A stretch of 32,000 bases of DNA from Anabaena subtropica FACHB-260 (GTDB lineage Bacteria; Cyanobacteriota; Cyanobacteriia; Cyanobacteriales; Nostocaceae), in the NCBI RefSeq assembly GCF_014697105.1, contig NZ_JACJRF010000001.1:286008-318007 (forward strand), read 5' to 3'. The notes beneath the pieces were generated by a model. It saw nothing but the letters and a program-made list of their open reading frames with translations, made no database searches and was not told the DNA's origin. The translations under genes were made by a program, and so were the position numbers. This document shows positions 1-8,679 of the stretch, one piece after another (position 1 is the first letter of the stretch; each line of letters opens with the position of its first letter).

Positions 1-5
1 TGCTT

Positions 6-150
6 ATACCATTGCACTAAAATTCTGATACAGATCCAAATCCAGAAACCTTTGCAAAATATAGGTTTCTTAATTTTGAATTTTGCGGAAAGTTCTGTAG
101 GCGGGTTTCCCGCCGTAGGAAACTTTTCAAGACGAATTTTGAATTGGTAT
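6..150. repeat. Hairpin-rich MITE-like / small dispersed repeat element
   Basis: The ends ATACCATTGCACTAAAATTC (6-25) and GAATTTTGAATTGGTAT (134-150) are imperfect inverted copies. Internal stems are AGAAACCT/AGGTTTCT (44-51/63-70) and GGCGGG/CCCGCC (100-105/109-114). An 11-nt direct repeat AATTTTGAATT occurs at 72-82 and 135-145. The reverse complement of 135-150 (ATACCAATTCAAAATT) recurs at 22988-23003. Confidence 0.3.
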
Positions 151-157
151 TACATCC

Positions 158-694
158 TTACCTAAAGCGATAACCTATGCCACCATTGATGCTAACAGCA
201 GAAGCCCCATCATTTTGGTAAGAACGGAGTCCTACCTTGGCGTTAGTGTAAATCAAAAAGTTATTAGCAATTTCTGACTCCACACCAGCACCCAACACTA
301 CAGCATCTCTGTTGCCTATGGGAGTGGCAGAACCATTCTTCTCCACAAAGGAATAGCCAGCAGTAGCGAAAGCGTTGGTACGATTAGCAATTGGCACATC
401 GAAGGACACTTCTGGAATGATCGCACTAGTTTCATTAGTCCAGATCACATTACCGCGTGCAGAAAATGGTGTATCTCCTAGTTTTAAGCGGCCTGTGAGA
501 TTACCACCGAAGTTATTTGAGTTATTATTGGCTCCACCATCGGTAACACCCACTGCTATACCAGCACCAACATAACTAGCATCAGTACCTTTCTGAACTT
601 CCGCAGATGCTTGACCAGCGTTAAGTAAAATAGGTGCAATTATTAAGGAAGACAATGCAGAGATTGTCAGCAAAGACTTGAGTATATTTTTCAT
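158..694 (-). CDS. Secreted small beta-barrel outer-membrane-protein-like protein
   Basis: 178-aa ORF with an N-terminal signal peptide (MKNILKSLLTISALSSLIIAPILLNAGQASA/E). It has a Gly/Asn/aromatic-rich alternating pattern and a C-terminal GIGYRFR typical of OMP barrels. Confidence 0.6.
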   Translation of the reverse strand: MKNILKSLLTISALSSLIIAPILLNAGQASAEVQKGTDASYVGAGIAVGVTDGGANNNSNNFGGNLTGRLKLGDTPFSARGNVIWTNETSAIIPEVSFDVPIANRTNAFATAGYSFVEKNGSATPIGNRDAVVLGAGVESEIANNFLIYTNAKVGLRSYQNDGASAVSINGGIGYRFR

Positions 695-1098
695 AAATTT
701 GAAAATCTTTTTGTGTTTTCACTGTTACCTTCTTAGTCGAAAAATATACGAAAAGGTTCCAGATATTTTTTTGAATTTATCAGCTATTTGGAAAATGTAT
801 GAAGCAGGAGTTAGAGAGCAGTTTGTGGTAGCTTTGCGCGGGATAGAGAATGAAAAAAATTTTAAAAATCAGTACTCATAGCTTAATCTTAATTACTTTG
901 AAATCACCGTATGCAGTTTATTAACTGTCACAAAATAAATGTTTATTTTTAGTAGATATAACTTTCAAAATTATGAATTACAAATTAAAAACATTGTGCT
1001 TCACATAGACATCAACTGTGAGATGTAGCAACTATGGCAACAAGCTTTCAAGGAAATCTATAAAGTGGATTTTTGATAGTCTACATGGAGATTAGATA

Positions 1099-2040
1099 AT
1101 GCTAACCGCGCCAAAAACTTTATCTGGTTTGATGGGTTTGTGTGTCGGTGATGCGTTGGGTGTACCGGTGGAGTTTACTAGCCGTGCCGAACTAGTTAAA
1201 TCTCCTGTGACAAAGATGCTGGGCTACGGTACATGGAATCAGCCCCCAGGAACTTGGTCTGATGACAGTTCGCTGACGTTTTGCCTGGCAGAAAGTCTAT
1301 GTAGAGGGTATTCGTTAGATGCGATCGCTCATTCTTTCTGGCGCTGGTACAAGCAGGCTTACTGGACACCCCGTGGAGAAATATTTGGCATTGGTGAAAG
1401 CACTCATGCAGTGATTATGCGTCTCAAACAGGGAATTTCCCCGTTACACGCAGGAGGAATCAGTGAGATGAGCAATGGCAATGGTTCTTTGATGAGAATT
1501 TTGCCAATGGCTTATTGTCATAAAAACTTAACTTTCCCTGAGTTAATTCAGCGTGTGCATGAAGTTTCTGGCATTACCCACGCTCATCGTCGTTCCCAAA
1601 TGTCCTGTGGCATTTACATTAGTGTTGCAGTTGAGATGCTTCAGGGAGCAGATATTCTTACAGCTTATTTACAAGGGCTAGAAAATATCCAAAAAATTTA
1701 TTCGACTGAGGAATATATTCGAGAACAGCCACACTTTCATCGAGTCTTCAGTGGAGAAATTGCTCAGTTACCAGAAGCAGAGATAAATTCTGGTGGTTAT
1801 GTGATTGATACCTTAGAAGCGTCTCTTTGGTGTTTGTTAAATAGTTCCTCTTACTCTGAGGCTGTGCTGAAAGCGGTCAACTTAGGAGGGCATACAGACA
1901 CAACGGCGGCGGTAACAGGGGGGTTAGCCGGGATTTACTACGGAATGGAATATATTCCCCAACAGTGGGTCAATCAAATTGCTCGTAAGCAAGACATTAT
2001 TAATTTGGCGAATCGTTTTGCGGCGGCTGTTTATATATAG
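1099..2040 (+). CDS. ADP-ribosylglycohydrolase family protein (DraG/ARH-like)
   Basis: 313 aa. N-terminal GLCVGDALGVPVEF and C-terminal GGHTDTTAAVTGGLAGIYYG are the characteristic metal-site motifs of the family. GGAG lies 8 nt upstream of the ATG. Confidence 0.85.
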   Translation: MLTAPKTLSGLMGLCVGDALGVPVEFTSRAELVKSPVTKMLGYGTWNQPPGTWSDDSSLTFCLAESLCRGYSLDAIAHSFWRWYKQAYWTPRGEIFGIGESTHAVIMRLKQGISPLHAGGISEMSNGNGSLMRILPMAYCHKNLTFPELIQRVHEVSGITHAHRRSQMSCGIYISVAVEMLQGADILTAYLQGLENIQKIYSTEEYIREQPHFHRVFSGEIAQLPEAEINSGGYVIDTLEASLWCLLNSSSYSEAVLKAVNLGGHTDTTAAVTGGLAGIYYGMEYIPQQWVNQIARKQDIINLANRFAAAVYI

Positions 2041-2064
2041 GGGCGCACAGCTAGTTGTGCGCCC
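2041..2064. terminator. GC-rich hairpin between convergent genes (bidirectional terminator candidate)
   Basis: GGGCGCACA-GCTAGT-TGTGCGCCC forms a perfect 9-bp stem with a 6-nt loop. It starts right after the stop at 2040 and lies 7 nt from the stop of the minus-strand gene. The U-tract is weak. Confidence 0.45.
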
Positions 2065-2070
2065 TTACAC

Positions 2071-3309
2071 TTATACCAAAGACAAAGAGTAGACCTGACC
2101 ATCAATTAACAGGCGGGTGATACCTTTGGCTTGCAGATGGGTACGAGCTTTGTGCAGCATTTTGCTATCGGGGACTTTAATCACGCGATCGCGCTTGGTA
2201 GAAAAGCGTTTAGCAACACGGTGATTATCAAATATCGGTAGCGTTCTTTGCTGGGTTTCTAGGTTAGGAATTTGCCCCAAATCACCAAAGTCTTTGAGTG
2301 GTCGGGTAATTAATTCCGAGGAGCGATCAATTACTAGATAGCAGGTCTTAGGCAAAGATGCTACTGACAAGGGTAAAACTTGGACTGGCGCTTCTCCAAA
2401 TCTCCTTCTGGTGACTAGAGGTCTGGATTCCTCTAAGTCGTCTTCCTCGTCTTCGTAGTCTTCATCATCTAAGTCTTCCTCTAAATCGTCCATATCTTCT
2501 GATTCGTCTAGCAAGTCTTCGCCTAACATGGCGGCGATTGTTGTGACTTCAGAATTGTCATCTTCTAGTAAGGGACTGGAAATATTGGCGATTTCCTGGG
2601 GTTTGCCTACCGGGATTTCCAATTGCCGTGCTATTGGCTCGCCATCTTCTTCTTCCATTGAAGAACGCCGCCGCACCCTTCTAATCACTGGGGTAGGTTT
2701 GTCGTCATCAGCAAAAGACTCTGGTTTTGCTTGCCGCGTCCTTCTAATTACCGGGGTTGGTTGATCTTCTTCCTCAGAAAAGGCTCCGGGTTTGGCGACT
2801 TGCCGCGCCCTTCTAATCACTGGGGTAGGTTTTTCCTCCTCTTCTGGTAAAGGTTCAGGTTTGGCGACTTGCCGCGCCCTTCTAATCACCGGGGTAGGTT
2901 TTTCCTCCTCTTCTGGTAAAGGTTCAGGTTTGGCGACTTGCCGCGCCCTTCTAATCACCGGGGTAGGTTTTTCCTCCTCTTCTGGTGAAGGCTCCGGTTT
3001 TACTACTGGCTGCGGTAGCGCAACTTTCTGACTGCTAATGACAGGTACTTCTGGCTCTGGCTGACCCAAAAAAGGAATTTGGTCATAACTCACCTGCGCT
3101 CTGCCTTCAGGAGTTCTAGCAGCACGTTTCAAAGAAACGAGGTATTCGTACTCATCTTCTGGCAATGTGCTTTTAAGCAGGCGGCTAATTGTGGAATTGC
3201 TCACGTCATAGCGCTCTGCCAAAGTTGAGGTCGTTTCAGCAGTTTCTCGATATAGCTTGAGAATTTCTTGTTTGTCAGAACTTGTTAGTTTTCTCACGGT
3301 AGATACCAA
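2071..3309 (-). CDS. HTH-domain protein with 23-aa tandem repeats and an acidic tract (conserved cyanobacterial hypothetical)
   Basis: 412-aa ORF. N-terminal HTH-like segment (TLAERYDVSNSTISRLLK), five KPEP.PEEEEKPTPVIRRARQVA-type repeats, and a Asp/Glu-rich tract. The start is non-ATG: TTG at 3309 or GTG at 3297. It sits 6 nt downstream of the preceding membrane-protein gene. Confidence 0.7.
   Translation of the reverse strand: MVSTVRKLTSSDKQEILKLYRETAETTSTLAERYDVSNSTISRLLKSTLPEDEYEYLVSLKRAARTPEGRAQVSYDQIPFLGQPEPEVPVISSQKVALPQPVVKPEPSPEEEEKPTPVIRRARQVAKPEPLPEEEEKPTPVIRRARQVAKPEPLPEEEEKPTPVIRRARQVAKPGAFSEEEDQPTPVIRRTRQAKPESFADDDKPTPVIRRVRRRSSMEEEDGEPIARQLEIPVGKPQEIANISSPLLEDDNSEVTTIAAMLGEDLLDESEDMDDLEEDLDDEDYEDEEDDLEESRPLVTRRRFGEAPVQVLPLSVASLPKTCYLVIDRSSELITRPLKDFGDLGQIPNLETQQRTLPIFDNHRVAKRFSTKRDRVIKVPDSKMLHKARTHLQAKGITRLLIDGQVYSLSLV
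2789..2995 (-). repeat. Three near-identical 69-bp in-frame tandem repeats (degenerate units continue down to about 2665)
   Basis: GGTTTGGCGACTTGCCGCGCCCTTCTAATCAC.GGGGTAGGTTTTTCCTCCTCTTCTGGT.AAGG.TC. starts at 2789, 2858 and 2927. The period is exactly 69 nt with only a few substitutions. Confidence 0.9.
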
Positions 3310-3315
3310 TCTTTC

Positions 3316-4173
3316 CTATGCTCGTTTTCTTCCGCGCTCCCGCCGAGTCCGGCTTAATGATGCGTCATATTCTAGGGCAGCGCCCATACCAAATAACACT
3401 CCACTAAACACCCAAAACACTTCTAGTATTTCTCCACTTTGATAATTGGGACCTTGAGCGTATTTAAACCACATATCTGCAATGTAGAGCGAAAAGGCGG
3501 CGGCCGCAATCATTCTCCAGGATTGAGAAACACGTCCTCCCCAAAAAGCTAGTAACAGGGTGGTGGCGATGATTAATAGCAATACGTCACTCACGATGTA
3601 AAACCAGTTCAAAATCAGGACTATTGTTTCTTGAGAGTTTGTTGCTTGCTGCATAGAAATCCACCATGCCAACAAGCTACCAAATACTCCAATTGCCAAG
3701 ACAATGAGCCATTGCCATTTTTCTAGATTAATTCGCCTGGCAGCTACTGCTAAAATCATGCCTACGCCTAGAGATACATAACTTAATACAAAAAACACGT
3801 CGCCAATAGACGCATCCGGTTCTTCTTTTAAAACTATTTCTGTATAGCCAAAAAATATCCCCCCCAGGAAATAAGAAATCATCCCTATGGCGATCGCTAG
3901 CCACACATTACGACTGCTCACAATTTGTGGACTCCGCCAGTTCCGTAAGCACAATATGCCGGCGTTCAGGTAAGCTAAGGCTTCAAAAATATTTGTCCCC
4001 AAAACATACCACTCAGCCCGACTTTCAACACCATTTGGCCCTGGGACTTTGGCACTGAATAACAAAAAGTATAGCAGTGCCAGCACACCCCAACCAATGC
4101 TAGCCAAAACGATGTTCTGGGTGGTGAAAAACGATTTGGCTAGTTGAGAAGAATTTTTGTAAGAACTATTCAT
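3316..4173 (-). CDS. Polytopic integral membrane protein (function unknown)
   Basis: 285-aa ORF with about 7-8 hydrophobic helices and a basic C-terminal tail (RTRRERGRKRA). Probably co-transcribed with 2071..3309. Confidence 0.6.
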   Translation of the reverse strand: MNSSYKNSSQLAKSFFTTQNIVLASIGWGVLALLYFLLFSAKVPGPNGVESRAEWYVLGTNIFEALAYLNAGILCLRNWRSPQIVSSRNVWLAIAIGMISYFLGGIFFGYTEIVLKEEPDASIGDVFFVLSYVSLGVGMILAVAARRINLEKWQWLIVLAIGVFGSLLAWWISMQQATNSQETIVLILNWFYIVSDVLLLIIATTLLLAFWGGRVSQSWRMIAAAAFSLYIADMWFKYAQGPNYQSGEILEVFWVFSGVLFGMGAALEYDASLSRTRRERGRKRA

Positions 4174-4286
4174 AGGACTTGACTAAATGCACTCTGGCAA
4201 TATTTTGTGGTGGAGTAACTTGTAGACTCACAACTGTGAGTAGATAGCAACTACCAATAGTTACTTTTCTTTCAACAAGTTTTATG

Positions 4287-4946
4287 CTATTGCCACAGTT
4301 TACTCAGTGAAGATTGATTTAGCCAAGATATGAATAGCGATCGCTCACCTTCTGGCATATCTTGTAACTTATCAGCTACTTGACGGGCAAAGTTGGCGTT
4401 ACCAAAATACGTTTTTCCTAGTTTATGCAGTTCTTGCAAGAAGCTAGTCACATGATTTTCTTTCCAGGAAGGGAGTTTAGCGGCTTCCAAGGGATTATTC
4501 GCTACCCAATATTTGACTGCTTCAATAGAGGAAGTTTCTGGGAACTGCTGTTGTCGCATGACTTCAGCAATATCTTTTTCAAATAGTGCTGCTTGCTTAG
4601 TACCCAAAAAATCTTCAATATCCATGTGAACGGCTTGTAACAGCAAAATGCTAGCTTGAACAAAAACCCCATTTTTACTGTGACCACCAGTATCATTACC
4701 TAACTGGTCTAAACGTACCTTACCCCAGACACTAAAGCGATCGGGTTCTTCGAGTAAGACACAAGCTTTACCTCGGTTATCGGTTAACTCTCTCCATAAG
4801 GCTCTAGCTTCTTCCTCTTGTCCAGCTTTAAACACGCTAATCAAGCGAAAAGTCTGCCCCTGATAATGGAGGATCGGCACTTGCTGATCCTTTTTTGGGT
4901 GCTGAATGCTTGATATTTCAACATCCTGCCGTTTTAAAATAAACAT
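4287..4946 (-). CDS. Conserved hypothetical protein
   Basis: 219-aa uninterrupted ORF with host-like composition. I recognise no motif. Confidence 0.55.
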   Translation of the reverse strand: MFILKRQDVEISSIQHPKKDQQVPILHYQGQTFRLISVFKAGQEEEARALWRELTDNRGKACVLLEEPDRFSVWGKVRLDQLGNDTGGHSKNGVFVQASILLLQAVHMDIEDFLGTKQAALFEKDIAEVMRQQQFPETSSIEAVKYWVANNPLEAAKLPSWKENHVTSFLQELHKLGKTYFGNANFARQVADKLQDMPEGERSLFISWLNQSSLSKLWQ

Positions 4947-5243
4947 TGCACTAGCAAATAACTCCTCTCAGGGGCTTTGTAGATAAGCGATTTATAATCT
5001 GATTTGGCAGCATCGCCAAGAGTGCGATTACTTACGTGATGTGGGTTGAACTTGTCCGACACTTGTAAAATAATTTACTATAGAGTAACTTATCTAGTGC
5101 GCTTTAGGTTCAACAGGCAAATAACTATCTGTTGACCACACAATATAGCTAAACAATTGCCAATTTGCCGCATTTTTAATCTAAATCAACTGACTTGCGA
5201 CTAGCATCTTAGCCTTGCTATTGGTAAATCTGCAATTTTTTGT

Positions 5244-5272
5244 TTGCTTCTTAGTAGAGAGAACGATATAAT
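5244..5272 (+). promoter_or_regulatory. Candidate sigma70-type promoter for tRNA-Arg
   Basis: TTGCTT (5244-5249), a 17-nt spacer, then TATAAT (5267-5272), about 39 nt upstream of the tRNA 5' end. Confidence 0.35.
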
Positions 5273-5310
5273 AGTTTAGATGACTCCAATAGGAGCCTGG
5301 GTATTAACTT

Positions 5311-5383
5311 GGGCGCGTAGCTCAGTGGATAGAGCCACGGATTTCTAATCCGTTGGTCGCAGGTTCGAACCCTGCCGCGCTCG
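5311..5383 (+). tRNA. tRNA-Arg (anticodon TCT)
   Basis: Hand-folded cloverleaf: acceptor GGGCGCG/CGCGCTC (one G-U pair), D stem GCTC/GAGC, anticodon stem ACGGA/TCCGT with loop TTTCTAA, variable loop TGGTC, T stem GCAGG/CCTGC with loop TTCGAAC, discriminator G. CCA is not encoded. Confidence 0.9.
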
Positions 5384-5400
5384 TTTTAGTTAAAAATAAA

Positions 5401-5434
5401 AACTCCATCCCCTTGTGAGTGGAGTTTTGTTATT
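5401..5434 (+). terminator. Intrinsic terminator candidate after tRNA-Arg
   Basis: Stem AACTCCA/TGGAGTT (5401-5407/5420-5426, extendable by A-T pairs), followed by TTTTGTTATTT. Confidence 0.4.
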
Positions 5435-5502
5435 TATTTAGTGTTGGACATAGGTTAATTGTCTATGCCCAACACTCAGGTTTTATGCGCGTAGGTCGTC
5501 AA

Positions 5503-7296
5503 TTAATTTAACGTCTCTACAATGGTTCTTAAGCCACTACTGTTGAGGATTTTGAGCATTTCATCAGCGTTGCTGCGATCGCTAAAAACTCCTACTTGCA
5601 TGACTCTACGACCTTGCCTGATGGTGAAGAATGCACCAGGAGCTAGAGATTTCACTAATTCTTGCTCTCTGTCATTGGAGGCTTCTACTACCACGCGATA
5701 GCGTACAGATGCACTTCTGGTGGCTGATAAATAATTGCCACCATAACCTGTTGTATTAGTTTGAGGCACTGATACTTTTTGTAGATTGCGGGTGTTACCA
5801 AGGGGAATATTACCAGTGGGAACAAGTAGAACATTAGTATCACTAACTCTTGGTTGGGAGGAGACACCCAATGGCAATGATGGTTGTTGTGCTTGGGGTG
5901 CGACAAACTCAATGGTGTTCGAGTCAATCTGCACATAATTTAGCTGTGCTGTCTGACTTTTAACTGTTGGTATATCTTGGTTTGCTACTCGGTTGGGAAT
6001 CGGGGCTGGCGGTTGTTGATTGTATCTCGGTATAGATAGTGGGGCATCGGCTGATACTAGTGCTGGTAATTGGCTGTTACCTTGGTTACGAACCACACGC
6101 TGGCTGGGTTGATTAGTTGGATTAGATACACTAGGAGCGGTAAATATAATTTCCCCATTACTAGCGATTGTGGGCGGCGGACTATTGGATATAGCGGCAG
6201 GTTGGGCGTTATTAGCCACAGGTACATCTTGGGCGTTGAGAGCTACCTGACCAACAATCCGTTTGCTGTCAATCGTATTACCAACTGCGGCGATCGCCTG
6301 TTTAGCGGCACGAGCATTAATATCGTGACGGCCATTGTTACGAAATTCATTACCACCTGCTTCGGTAGCGTTACCCAAATCTGGCATTGCTTGAGCGATC
6401 GCTACTAAGCCATCTTCTTTATTGCCTTGAATTAAATTATGCCGTAAAACTGGGCGAGCATTAGCTTGGACAATAATTCCTGCGCGATTATTTTGAATTT
6501 GATTGCTCACCAACATTGGTACGGCATTTTGGGCTATATTGATGCCAAAACCTGTTTCCTCAAACACATTTTCTCGCACCTGGGCTGGGGAATTACCGCC
6601 AATAGTGATGCCGTTGGCTCCATTACGATAAAAATAATTTTTGGTAATGGTGGTAGCACTGTTACCAGTCACAGAAATGCCATCTTGGGTATTGCCTGTA
6701 AAGGTATTTTCGCTAATCACTGGATTAGTCGATTCAATCCACAAACCATAACCACGGGGATGGGAATTAGTGACTGTAACTCCTGTTAAGCCGGCTTGAT
6801 TAGCAGCGACGATGGTGACATTCTGCCCACCAAAGCTGCGGCTAAGAAATTGTCCTCCGCCTTGAATTGTGATTCCCTGTCCTTTGTTACTGGTGTCTCC
6901 CTGAATCGAAACACCTGGTTTGAGCATTAAAGGAAACATCTCTCCTGTTTCAGCACTGTAATTACCTTGTGTTAGTTTGATTACCGTGCCAGGGCTAGCA
7001 ACCTTTAAAGCTTGGGTAATCGTCTTTAATGGTGTGCTTTCATTACCGTTGCCAACTGTGTCATCTCCGGCACTTGGGTTGACAAACACTACATTAACCT
7101 GAGAAATTGTTCTTTCACTTAGGGGCATCTGAGCATTAACACTGCCAGGGATAGTACTCAGCACCGTTATGCTGCATACTGCCAGAGTAGACAGTATGGA
7201 CAGGCTAGAAACTGCATACCTTGCTAATTCCAGAGAAGTTGGCTTAACTCGCCAGGTTTTTAACCGATGATATCTAAACAAAATGGGGGAAATCAA
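5503..7296 (-). CDS. Secreted right-handed parallel beta-helix (DUF1565/pectin-lyase-fold) protein with C-terminal SPOR-like domain
   Basis: 597-aa ORF. Hydrophobic N-terminal signal or anchor ending in VNAQ. Repeated G.N.I.I....N-type beta-helix turns (NTFTGNTQDGISVTGNS, NYFYRNGANGITIGGNS, NQIQNNRAGIIV, NLIQGNKEDGLV). A Pro/Gln-rich linker. The last ~70 aa (YRVVVEA...MQVGVFSDRSNADEMLKIL) resemble a SPOR fold. Confidence 0.7.
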   Translation of the reverse strand: MISPILFRYHRLKTWRVKPTSLELARYAVSSLSILSTLAVCSITVLSTIPGSVNAQMPLSERTISQVNVVFVNPSAGDDTVGNGNESTPLKTITQALKVASPGTVIKLTQGNYSAETGEMFPLMLKPGVSIQGDTSNKGQGITIQGGGQFLSRSFGGQNVTIVAANQAGLTGVTVTNSHPRGYGLWIESTNPVISENTFTGNTQDGISVTGNSATTITKNYFYRNGANGITIGGNSPAQVRENVFEETGFGINIAQNAVPMLVSNQIQNNRAGIIVQANARPVLRHNLIQGNKEDGLVAIAQAMPDLGNATEAGGNEFRNNGRHDINARAAKQAIAAVGNTIDSKRIVGQVALNAQDVPVANNAQPAAISNSPPPTIASNGEIIFTAPSVSNPTNQPSQRVVRNQGNSQLPALVSADAPLSIPRYNQQPPAPIPNRVANQDIPTVKSQTAQLNYVQIDSNTIEFVAPQAQQPSLPLGVSSQPRVSDTNVLLVPTGNIPLGNTRNLQKVSVPQTNTTGYGGNYLSATRSASVRYRVVVEASNDREQELVKSLAPGAFFTIRQGRRVMQVGVFSDRSNADEMLKILNSSGLRTIVETLN

Positions 7297-7460
7297 GTTC
7301 GCACCACTCCTTAGAAGTAATAATAAAGTTTCATACTCGCAATATTCAGTATGTCGATAATGTTATCCGCTATATTGACCTATTGGCTATTTTGAATACA
7401 AAGTAATTAATAAAGGTATTGGGGACTAGGACTAGGGACTAGAAAAAAATGTTTCTCATA

Positions 7461-7504
7461 ACCAACACCCAATACCCAACACCCGATACCCAATCGCCAA
7501 TACC
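7461..7504. repeat. STRR-like heptamer tract (consensus CCCAATA, 6 units)
   Basis: ACCAACA CCCAATA CCCAACA CCCGATA CCCAATC GCCAATA. It is preceded at 7422-7442 by GGGACTAG GACTAG GGACTAG. Confidence 0.8.
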
Positions 7505-7505
7505 T

Positions 7506-8645
7506 ATGCAAATCCATGATGCGAGAAACATTGCAAATATGAAAGAGGCTGGCTATTACGATGAAAGCATCACTAATAGGGTAGTTGTAATGGTGGAGCC
7601 ATACAGCCAACAAAAGCAAATACAGCAGGTTGTTTACCGCATATTAGATGCCAATTTAGACCGCACTCGTGAAGGGTTGCGAATTATTGAAGAATGGTGT
7701 CGCTTTGGTTTAAATAGCGCTCAGTTGGCGGGGGAATGTAAGTACTTACGCCAAGAGTTAGTTATTTGGCATACGGAAGAATTGCGGGCAGCGCGAGATA
7801 CACCAGGTGATCCCGGCACTGATTTAAGCCATCCGCAGGAAGAACAACGCTCTAGCATTAAGGCATTGTTACAAGCTAACTTTTGTCGTGTAGAAGAAGC
7901 TTTGCGAGTGTTGGAGGAATATGGTAAGCTTTATCACCCAAAAATGGGACAGGCTTGTAAGCAGATGCGATATCGAGTTTACAGCCTGGAAACTAATTTA
8001 ATGGGTTATCAACGCCATCAATTACTGCGGCGATCGCGTTTATATCTTGTCACTTCCCCGTCAGAAAGTTTGTTGTCAACTGTCGAAGCTGCTCTCAAAG
8101 GTGGATTGACATTACTGCAATATCGTGATAAAGATGCTGATGATACTGTGCGTCTGGAACTGGCGACCAAACTCCGTCAACTCTGCCATACCTACGGTGC
8201 TTTGTTTATGATCAATGACCGGGTGGATTTGGCTTTGGCGGTAGATGCGGATGGGGTGCATTTGGGACAGCAAGATATGCCGATCGCCGTTGCTAGACAA
8301 CTACTAGGGCCACAGCGCTTAATCGGTCGTTCTACTACCAACGCTGATGAAATGCAAAAGGCGATCGCTGAAGGTGCAGACTATATAGGTGTGGGACCTG
8401 TATATGAAACTCCTACCAAAGTAGGTAAGGCGGCGGCTGGCTTAGAATATGTTAGTTACGCTGCTCAAAATAGTTCAGTTCCCTGGTTTGCTATTGGGGG
8501 TATAGATGCCAATAATATCAATGATGTGATTGATGCAGGAGCAGAAAGGGTGGCGGTAGTGCGATCGCTGATGCAGGCTGAACAACCTACCTTAGTTACA
8601 CAATATTTACTCTCTCAACTTAATCGGATCAAGCCAGAAACTTAA
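7506..8645 (+). CDS. thiE: Thiamine-phosphate synthase with ~180-aa N-terminal extension
   Basis: The C-terminal half carries ThiE motifs (LYLVTSP, LLQYRDK, INDRVDLALAVDADGVHLGQQD, GRSTTN, ADYIGVGPVYETPTK, FAIGGI). The ORF is open from 7449, but its first 19 codons are the heptamer repeat, so I chose the ATG at 7506. Later Met codons are also possible starts. Confidence 0.85.
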   Translation: MQIHDARNIANMKEAGYYDESITNRVVVMVEPYSQQKQIQQVVYRILDANLDRTREGLRIIEEWCRFGLNSAQLAGECKYLRQELVIWHTEELRAARDTPGDPGTDLSHPQEEQRSSIKALLQANFCRVEEALRVLEEYGKLYHPKMGQACKQMRYRVYSLETNLMGYQRHQLLRRSRLYLVTSPSESLLSTVEAALKGGLTLLQYRDKDADDTVRLELATKLRQLCHTYGALFMINDRVDLALAVDADGVHLGQQDMPIAVARQLLGPQRLIGRSTTNADEMQKAIAEGADYIGVGPVYETPTKVGKAAAGLEYVSYAAQNSSVPWFAIGGIDANNINDVIDAGAERVAVVRSLMQAEQPTLVTQYLLSQLNRIKPET

Positions 8646-8679
8646 TTAATTGACAATTTAAAGTTGAAGAATTAGTCCC

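Noticed and set aside
375-575. Antisense and shadow ORFs inside longer genes: 375-575, 2528-2764, 2792-3031, 3257-3442, 4502-4696, 5688-5936, 6070-6408, 6466-6789, 8112-8300, 8658-8873, 11846-12040, 11992-12219, 13811-14032, 15843-16028, 17635-17967, 18593-18787, 19108-19317, 21755-21940, 24810-25016, 25149-25480, 25697-26022, 28283-28501 and 31400-31642.
   Set aside because: Each lies wholly or mostly within a longer ORF that has recognisable protein-family motifs on the other strand or frame. Their translations are low-complexity or Cys/Arg-rich, typical of out-of-frame readings. The 2792-3031 ORF is just the 69-bp repeat read on the opposite strand.
678-881. 67-aa ORF in the AT-rich intergenic region upstream of the ADP-ribosylglycohydrolase gene.
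   Set aside because: It overlaps the start of the OMP-like gene, has non-coding-like composition, and has no SD or recognisable motif.
2789-2995. Possible CRISPR array, because of regularly spaced identical repeats.
   Set aside because: The units are contiguous 69-bp repeats with no unique spacers, and they are in frame inside a long ORF. This is a coding tandem repeat, not a CRISPR array.
7297-7505. TPP riboswitch upstream of thiE.
   Set aside because: I could not find the conserved CUGAGA / ACCUGAUCUGGAUAAUGCCAGCG-type elements by eye. The region is mostly simple repeats. A covariance-model scan is still advisable.
7407-7619. 70-aa minus-strand ORF across the thiE 5' region.
   Set aside because: It is made largely of the reverse complement of the heptamer/GGGACTAG repeats and overlaps thiE.
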